This document shows, one piece after another, positions 56,355 to 64,000 of a stretch of DNA of 64,000 nt (positions are counted from its first letter, which is position 1; each line of letters begins with the position of its first letter). This DNA comes from Eledone cirrhosa (Eukaryota). The notes under the pieces were generated by a model. The model was not told the DNA's origin, made no database searches, and saw only the letters and a program-made list of their open reading frames with translations. A program made the position numbers and the translations under genes. The stretch lies in assembly GCA_964016885.1 (NCBI GenBank), contig OZ024745.1:68138001-68202000 (forward strand). The letters run 5' to 3'.

Positions 56355-56726
56355 TACACACACACACACACACACACAGGCATACATTTATATTTATACA
56401 TAAAGAAAAAAAAAGAAGACTAAAGAATTTGTTGAAAGGAAAAAGGTGAAGGTTTTTGATAGAGGAAATGATTCTATTGAAAGAGAAGATTAAGGTTGAG
56501 AATCTGTTGGGCTTGCAGAAAAAATCAGAGATTTGCAATAGGATTGTTCCAATGTGCTTACTGTCAGTTTAGAAGTAGGGTAGTACAACACAGATGGACT
56601 GAGGTGATAAGTAGCTTAAAAGGCAGTCTGAAAATGTTATTATGGATGTGCGTAGATGGATGTGTGATTGTTACATGTAAACATACGGGCCACTATATAC
56701 ATATATATTTGTGTATGTATGCGTAA

Positions 56727-56788
<62 letters not shown>

Positions 56789-56814
56789 GCACATACATAC
56801 ACACACATATATAT

Positions 56815-56883
<69 letters not shown>

Positions 56884-56896
56884 AATATATATATAC

Positions 56897-57185
56897 ATAA
56901 TTGTTTCTACTTTTGGCACAAGGCCAGAAATTAACCAGTACATTACTGGTACTTTATTTTATCGACCCCGTAAGGATGAAAGGCAAAGTTTAACCTCGGC
57001 GGGATTTGAACTCAGATCATAAAGGGAGATAACTCTATGCTTCAAAGCATATATACATACATGTAACATTATATAAATCCCGCCGAGGTTAACTTTGCCT
57101 TTCATCCCTACGGGGTCGGTAAAATAAAATACCAGTAATGTACTGGGTAATTGCTGGCCTTGTGCCAAAAAGTAGAAACAATTAT
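56897..57185. mobile_element. Head-to-head inverted pair of 5'-truncated SINEs
   Basis: 56897-57008 mirrors 57074-57185. Confidence 0.82.
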
Positions 57186-57794
57186 ATATATGTATACACA
57201 CACACACACTCACGCACACACACACACTCACACACACACATATATATATACAGAGATAGATACAAATATATATTACATACATACACTCATACAAAGATAC
57301 ATACATACATGCATGCATACATGTATATACATATTCACATACCTATATGTGTGTGGTACTTATATGTGTGTGTGTGGTACACATATATATATATATGTGT
57401 GTGTGTGTGTGGTACATATATAGGTGTGTGTGGTACATATATGTGTGTGAGTGTGGTACATATATATATGTGTCTCCATGTATGTTTGTGTATAAGTATA
57501 GATTTAAGTTCTGAGCTGCCGATGAAAGAACATGCAATATGGCGGTCTTTAAAGATAGCAAAACTAATACAGAAATCAGTCATTGTTTGTTGAAATCGAC
57601 AGTTGATATACAGAAATGGCGACGATAACGAAACCTGTTATTTGTTCGTTTCTTTGTTCTGCTTCAGAGAGCATCAAGAAAGTGTATTATCAAAGGTTTA
57701 TATTACTAAAGTTAAAAACTATCAGATTTAAGCATATTTTCTACACTTTTATAGCTTAGGATCCTTTGTGCTTTTATTCCTTTAGAATGTGAAA

Positions 57795-58550
57795 GAGCGA
57801 GGATTGACAGGATCGATAGAGCATCGGACAATATGCTTCGCGTCGCGGCATAGAGTTACATCTTTTTATGTTCTGTGTTCAAATCCCGCCTTTCATCCTT
57901 ACGGGGGTCGATAAAATAAACTACCAGTAACGCTGCTTGGGCGGTGGATTGGCAGTATTGGTAGAGCGTCGGAAAACATGCTCTGTGGCATATAGTTACG
58001 TCTCTTCAAGTTTTGTGTTCAAATGCTGCCGAGGTTAGCTTTGCCTTCCTCAATACGGGGTTGATAAAATAAACTTCCAGTAACGCACTGGGGTCGACCT
58101 ATTCGACTTTACTCTCTCCTCAAATTGCTGGCATTGTGTTTAAATCAGAAAGTATTAGGGTCTGACGCCATGCTTTGCAGCAAAGAGTTATGGCCCTTTA
58201 TGATCTGAGTTCAAATCCCGCCGAGGTTAACTTTGCCTTTCATCCTTACGGGGGTCGATAAAATAAAGTACCAGTCAAGCACTGTGGTCAATTTAATCGA
58301 CTTTCCCCTCCCCCAAAATTGCTGGCCTTGTGCCTATATAAGAAACCATTATTTTCCTTGGTGGTAGTTTGGCAATGTCGGACAGAAAGCTTTACGTTTT
58401 TCAGTTACGTCTCTTTACGTTCAAATACCGATGAAGTCAACTTTGCCTTTTATACATTCGAGGTCGATAAAACAAAGCTCCAGTCAAGTGCTGGTGTCGA
58501 TTTAATCGACTTTCACCTTCCCCTAAATTCCTGGCCTGGTAATTAAATTA
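57795..58550 (+). mobile_element. Cluster of four tandem SINE copies
   Basis: Four GTTCAAAT B-boxes, each followed by the GATAAAA domain. Confidence 0.8.
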
Positions 58551-59274
58551 GGAAAAAATTATTTCACCGATTTCAGTCTGGAGACTGAGTTCATAATCGG
58601 GTGTCACTTGCCTTAAAAACAGAACTACTTACTTGTTAAATGTTTGTGTAAATATCTGAGTATTCCATAGGCACGTGTACCCATAATGTGATTTACAGAG
58701 AGATTCAGTGTGACAATATATAACATGATTGGACATTTGTATTACATGTACAATCCACATCATAAACTTCCAAGCAGTTTCGGTCTACTCAATTTCACGC
58801 ACAAGCCTCTATGGAAAACGTCACTTGCCCCAAACCACACGCTGTTGGACCGAACCCGAAAATTCATGTAACACCCACACACAACATTAAAACGATGCGC
58901 ACAAATACATATAAACATTCATTGGTTACACACACAAATCTAGTTACAGAATCATATGTTGATACATATATATACATGGTTACATTGACACATACATCTA
59001 CACAAAGACACAACATTCATTTGTGCGAGGTTGTGTGAGTATGAGTTTATTTGTTTGTGTGTGTCTTTGTGTGTGAGTGTATTTATGCGTTTATATATAT
59101 ATGTATACGTGCTAGGAATGTATATATATATATATATATAAATATAGTGAAATAAGATAACAAGGACGATTGGTTACTCCTTCATCACGTAGCTGTACAC
59201 CTCGACACTGAAGTGAACCTAAACATCGAGTGCTCACCCGGGTGAACCTACAGTAACTCCAAGTTACACTCCCT

Positions 59275-59329
<55 letters not shown>

Positions 59330-59330
<1 letters not shown>

Positions 59331-60049
59331 TAGCTAAACTACCCGTCCTTTGGACGGTTCAAGTAGCTTTCGATGTAGCTCATTAAACTAAACAAAGTAA
59401 ATTTGAATACATAGAAGAAAAACGTACTTTATGTAATCATGAAAACCTTAGGCACTATTCCAGCGAAATAATTAATATGTGAGCTCGGTGTCTTTTTTGA
59501 CAACAGTAAAAGCGCATCATGAAATAGAGAAGTGAAGTGAATAATATACATTATTATGTACAAAGCATAATATTGTAAAAGTTATGACGTCACTTAATGT
59601 ATGAACATCAAGCTTGAAACGATAAATTATACAATGTCAAATCTATAACTTAACTTAGTAATCTGTTAGAAATTGCTGGTTGTGAAATATACAAAATGAT
59701 ATTGTTAGTCTCGAGGAAGCGTACCTTTTGTTTCAAGTACAAAGAGTAAATTAAAATCCGAATGAGCCGAATTACGAAAGATAACTCTTGTCTTACTTAA
59801 AGATAACTCATGTCTGACTTAATCACGAACATTCACACAAATAACCGAAACTTTTTTAATGTCTCCAAAGGCCCCAATATCGATTTTTGAAAGCCTATGT
59901 AGATCATGTACAGGTTTTGTGCAAGGAGAAGCTCTGTAAAAAATTTCAAAGAAATCGCATGAATAGTTTAGAATATATGAGCCCTCATTAAAAATTGTCC
60001 ACACACACATACACACATACAGAAAACTTCGTCTTTATATATATACAGA
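59330..60049 (-). mobile_element. Non-autonomous Helitron
   Basis: On -: A|TCTGTATATATATAAAG 5' end, CCGTCC-AAA-GGACGG hairpin ~12 nt before CTAG|T. Confidence 0.78.
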
Positions 60050-60218
60050 TGTGTGTGTGTGTGTGTATCTATGTTGATGCGCGTGTATGCGTGAGGCGTT
60101 GTGTTGGTGCGATTTCATGTTTGTGTATATGAATGCGTTTGTGTGTGTAGTCTCATACTTGAATGTATGAGATACACGGAGTGATAGTGAAACGAGAGAA
60201 AGAGATAGACATGTAGAC

Positions 60219-60294
<76 letters not shown>

Positions 60295-60531
60295 CACATA
60301 TATATGTACACACACATATATATATATATTAGATTAGAGCAAACATCACGAGCGCTCTATCTCAAAATTATTTTTGAAAAGCATTAGAAATGCGCAACCG
60401 ATAAAAACTTAAAACTAAAACTGAATACTAACCAATACTTATTACTAATTAATACTTATTCCTAATTAAACTATTTTTCACTGGGAAAAATTTGTCAGCA
60501 TTTTCTTTTACTTCTACTAATATATATATAT

Positions 60532-62866
60532 ATATTTATTAAAATAACAGATTAAAGTTTAAGCAAAGAATCGCTGCTTTCACCCTTAACGGGATCTTCT
60601 GAAACTAACAAAGTTAATCTGTGAACGCGGAAGTGAATATTTCAAAAAACGTTGCAACCGGAGGAAGACAGGAAGACGATACTTTGGTTCGTGGAAACGT
60701 TCCCTGGCAAAGAACGGGAAAAAACGAATAATACGTCATTATTTGGAGCGGTGAAAAACAATTACACGCAAAGACAAAACCACGTTTATGGTATAAAAGA
60801 AGTCGTAGACTAATATTCTATTAGGTGGTTCATAGAGACGTTCTCTGGCAATGAACAGAAAAAACGAAGATAATACGTCATATGTGGAGCGGGGAGAACA
60901 ATAGCACGCACAAACAAAACCACGTAAATGGTATAACTGAAGTCGTAGACTAAAATTCTAACTAGGAAACCGAATGATTCTCGGCCTCAGAGTTAAGAAT
61001 AAAGTAAATAAAATACAGAGGTAATCGAAATTAAATAAATACATACACGCATCCATATACGTACATACACAAGCATACGCGAAAACACTCGCCATAGGTA
61101 TACAAATACACGCACGTACACAAAAAAGAAACAAAGAAACAAACAAACCCGCACGCACATACAGAACCCACGCAACACATGTATCCGCACGCATACAAAT
61201 GTATACACCAAACACAGAAAATTATATATAAAAATATATATATATTAATATATATATGTGCGTGTGTGTGTGCGTGTATACATATATTTAAATAAACGTA
61301 TATAAATAAATAAATACGTATATAACAAGCGCACACACATACCTACATGTAAATACACATATGTTCGGAGACGTACGTCAACCAAAACACGAAGTACACA
61401 TATACACACACCCTACATACGTACGACCCGCAAAGAAACGTTTCTTACCAGGTTCTTGGTTATGCTGGCAGGATGGTTAGAAAGCTTACTTATGTAATTA
61501 AACGTATCATTCGGCTTTCTATACGGGTAATGAAAGCCATTCGATAAATTGAGGCTTTCCCGTCTATCTACTAACGAGCATATTTTCAACGACCATTCCA
61601 CATATTACAATGAAGCTCTTGCTCGGAGTGGATTTATCGATAAGGTAGCATATACAGAGTACGAGAATAGACCTAGAAGAAATAGATCCCGACGCATTAT
61701 ATGGTATAACCCACCATATAATATGGAGGTGGCCACACCATTAGCTAAGATCTTTCTCTCCCTTATTACGAAGCATTTTCTCCCTACACATAAATATAGT
61801 AACATTTTTAATAGAAATACTATTAAAATTTCTTACTCTACGACTCCTAACCTTGCACATAACATCACAGCTTCAAATTTAGCTAAACTACCTAGCCGTA
61901 GGAACACGTGCAACCCTGTAGTTAGTACTAACTGTAATTGTAGGAATCGGGTTGACTTCCCCCTATCCGGGAAATGCCTCTCTAGTAACATTGTCTACAA
62001 ATGTAAGGTTGAAACACCCACGTCCCGTAGGGCCTACATAGGGTTAACTGCCAATAGATTCAAGCAGCGTCTTTACATGCATACCCATTCTTTTCGTTAC
62101 CCCTTAAGAAGGAATATGACGTCACTTTCAGCTTATATCTGGAGTCTAAAAGACAATCATACCCAATATAAGTTACACTGGGAGATCCTTTTTTTTTTGC
62201 GTACGTGCGTGTATTTGTATACCTATGGCGAGTGTTTTCGCGTATGCTTGTGTATGTACGTATATGGATGCGTGTATGTATTTATTTAATTTCGATTACC
62301 TCTGTATTTTATTTACTTTATTCTTAACCCTGAAGCCGAGAATCATTCGGTTTCCAAGTCTACGACTTCAGTTATACCATTTACGTGGTTTTGTTTGTGC
62401 GTGCTATTGTTCTCCCCGCTCCACATATGACGTATTATCTTCGTTTTTTCCGTTCATTGCCAGAGAACGTCTCTATGAACCACCTAATAGAATATTAGTC
62501 TACGACTTCTTTTATACCATAAACGTGGTTTTGTCCTTGCGTGTAATTGTTTTTCACCGCTCCTATTAATGACGTATTATATTCGTTTTTTCCCGTTCTT
62601 TGCCAGGGAACGTTTCCACGAACCAAAGTATCATCTTCCTGTCTTCCTCCGGTTGCAACGTTTTTTGAAATATTCACTTCCGCGTTCACAGATTGACTTT
62701 GTTAGTTTCAGAAGATCCCGTTAAGAGTGAAAGCAGCGAATCTTTGTTTAAACTTTAATCTGTTATTTTAATAAATATTTGCTCTACGGTTCTTATATAT
62801 TTGATATATATTTATCCTTATCAAGCCCTCTTTGGATTTTAGTCTTCAAATTTATTATTATTACTA
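60532..62866 (+). mobile_element. Rearranged Penelope-like element: thumb/GIY-YIG fragment (61549-62188) between inverted 3' UTR arms (60532-61127 / 62193-62778), plus tail
   Basis: YYNEALARSGF, RIIWYNPPY, CNCRNRVDFPLSGKC, IVYKC..AYIGLT..FKQRLYMH. The preceding peptide SLNLSNGFHYPYRKPN..NHP..NVSLR lies inverted at about 61430-61556. Flanked by (TA)n. Confidence 0.93.
60556..60606 (-). ncRNA. Hammerhead-like motif, A4 variant (copies at 38004-38054, 46165-46215, 46408-46458, 46651-46701 on -, and 62704-62754 on +)
   Basis: AGTTT-CAGAAGA-TCCC(GTTAA)GGGT-GAAA-GCA(GCGATTCTT)TGC-TT-AAACT. Confidence 0.65.
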
Positions 62867-63722
62867 TATATATATATAGATAGATATACATATATATATG
62901 TACATATATATGTGATGTGTGTATATATATATATATATCTGTCTACATGTCTATCTCTTTCTCTCGTTTCACTATCACTCCGTGTATCTCATACATTCAA
63001 GTATGAGACTACACACACAAACGCATTCATACACACAAACATGAAAACGCACCAACACAACCCCTCACGCATACACGCCCATCAACATAGACACACACAC
63101 AAATATATATATTACAGAGCTATATTTTATTAATATTTTCATGACTTTTATAAATTATGCATACTAAATTATGTATTCGAAAATACACAGCTCACCTAAG
63201 TGTTCTGGGGGTTTGATAGTGTCTAACACATTGCAGAATATAACATTGTTTTTAGAAAAGCTTTGATCTAAATACTAATATCAATAGTTGCGTGTGCATA
63301 TTTTGACTTCTTTCTAATTTAATATCATTATTTATCAACAAAGTACTGGGTAATTGCTGGCCTTGTGCCAATAGTAGAAACAATTATTTATCAACAAAGT
63401 AATGAAATATCTTGTGGCAAGATTTCTTTGAAAATATTTTAAATACTCATTACTTTTGAACATTAATTGACGCATTAAAAAACATAAATAGATTGAGAAA
63501 TATATGTGCTGCAGCATTGCATTATTTGCAACTATACAAAATTGTATTACAATTTAGCTATTCAGACATTTAAATATTTCAACAAAAGTAACATTTGTAT
63601 ATATATATATATATATATACCACTCACCATATTCAGGCTAGACTACGTGTCTTTATCTGTAAGTATATATATTCATACATGCATGCTCACACACACACAC
63701 ACACACACGCGCACGGGCGCGC

Positions 63723-63729
63723 GCGCACG

Positions 63730-63761
<32 letters not shown>

Positions 63762-64000
63762 AGTAGAAGGGATATATAATTTGTTGGAAATCCGACAAAT
63801 ATAAATATAAATGTTTATAACTGATTTAGAGCACTCAACAGTTTCCTTGAGTAAATATTCAATAAATATTAAATAAATGGAAACTATATTTATAAAACCA
63901 TATTTATTTTATTATATATATTTCAAGGGTACCGAAACACTTTGGTACGCTTTCTTCAGATAAAATACAAAGTTTGTTTTATAAATAGAGACATACCCAG
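63723..64000 (-). mobile_element. 3' end (hammerhead plus tail) of a PLE related to the 52423-55756 element, running out of the window
   Basis: 63865-63925 is nearly identical to 52423-52483. HHR at 63905-63967. Ends in (TA)n. Confidence 0.75.
63905..63967 (-). ncRNA. Hammerhead ribozyme
   Basis: TATTTTAT-CTGAAGA-AAGCGTACC..GGTACCCTT-GAAA-TATATA-TA-ATAAAATA. Confidence 0.78.

Overview
AT-rich, microsatellite-dense eukaryotic DNA, intergenic or intronic, with no host gene I can support. The repeat content suggests an octopus or other cephalopod genome (inference). Almost all six-frame ORFs are translations of (TA)n, (CA)n or (GA)n. The real coding remnants are four Penelope-like element (PLE, Naiad-type) RT/GIY-YIG pieces, a Helitron PIF1-helicase C-terminus and two RTE-LINE 3' ends. 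There are also about 20 tRNA-derived SINE copies, non-autonomous Helitrons and mariner MITEs. The main signal is a dense set of sequence-unrelated fold-back elements sitting in (TA)n tracts with a shared layout: (TA)n, tail-less inverted arm, spacer, arm plus a 40-180 nt unpaired tail, (TA)n. Nearly all carry a minimal type-I hammerhead ribozyme (HHR) with a palindromic stem III. I can pair out more than 20 HHR copies from about 13 families by eye, including U3:A8 compensatory and U4-variant cores. Two non-coding units show terminal redundancy (593 and 681 nt periods), as expected for retrozyme-like circular or tandem RNA templates. All structures were paired by eye and coordinates may be off by a few bases.
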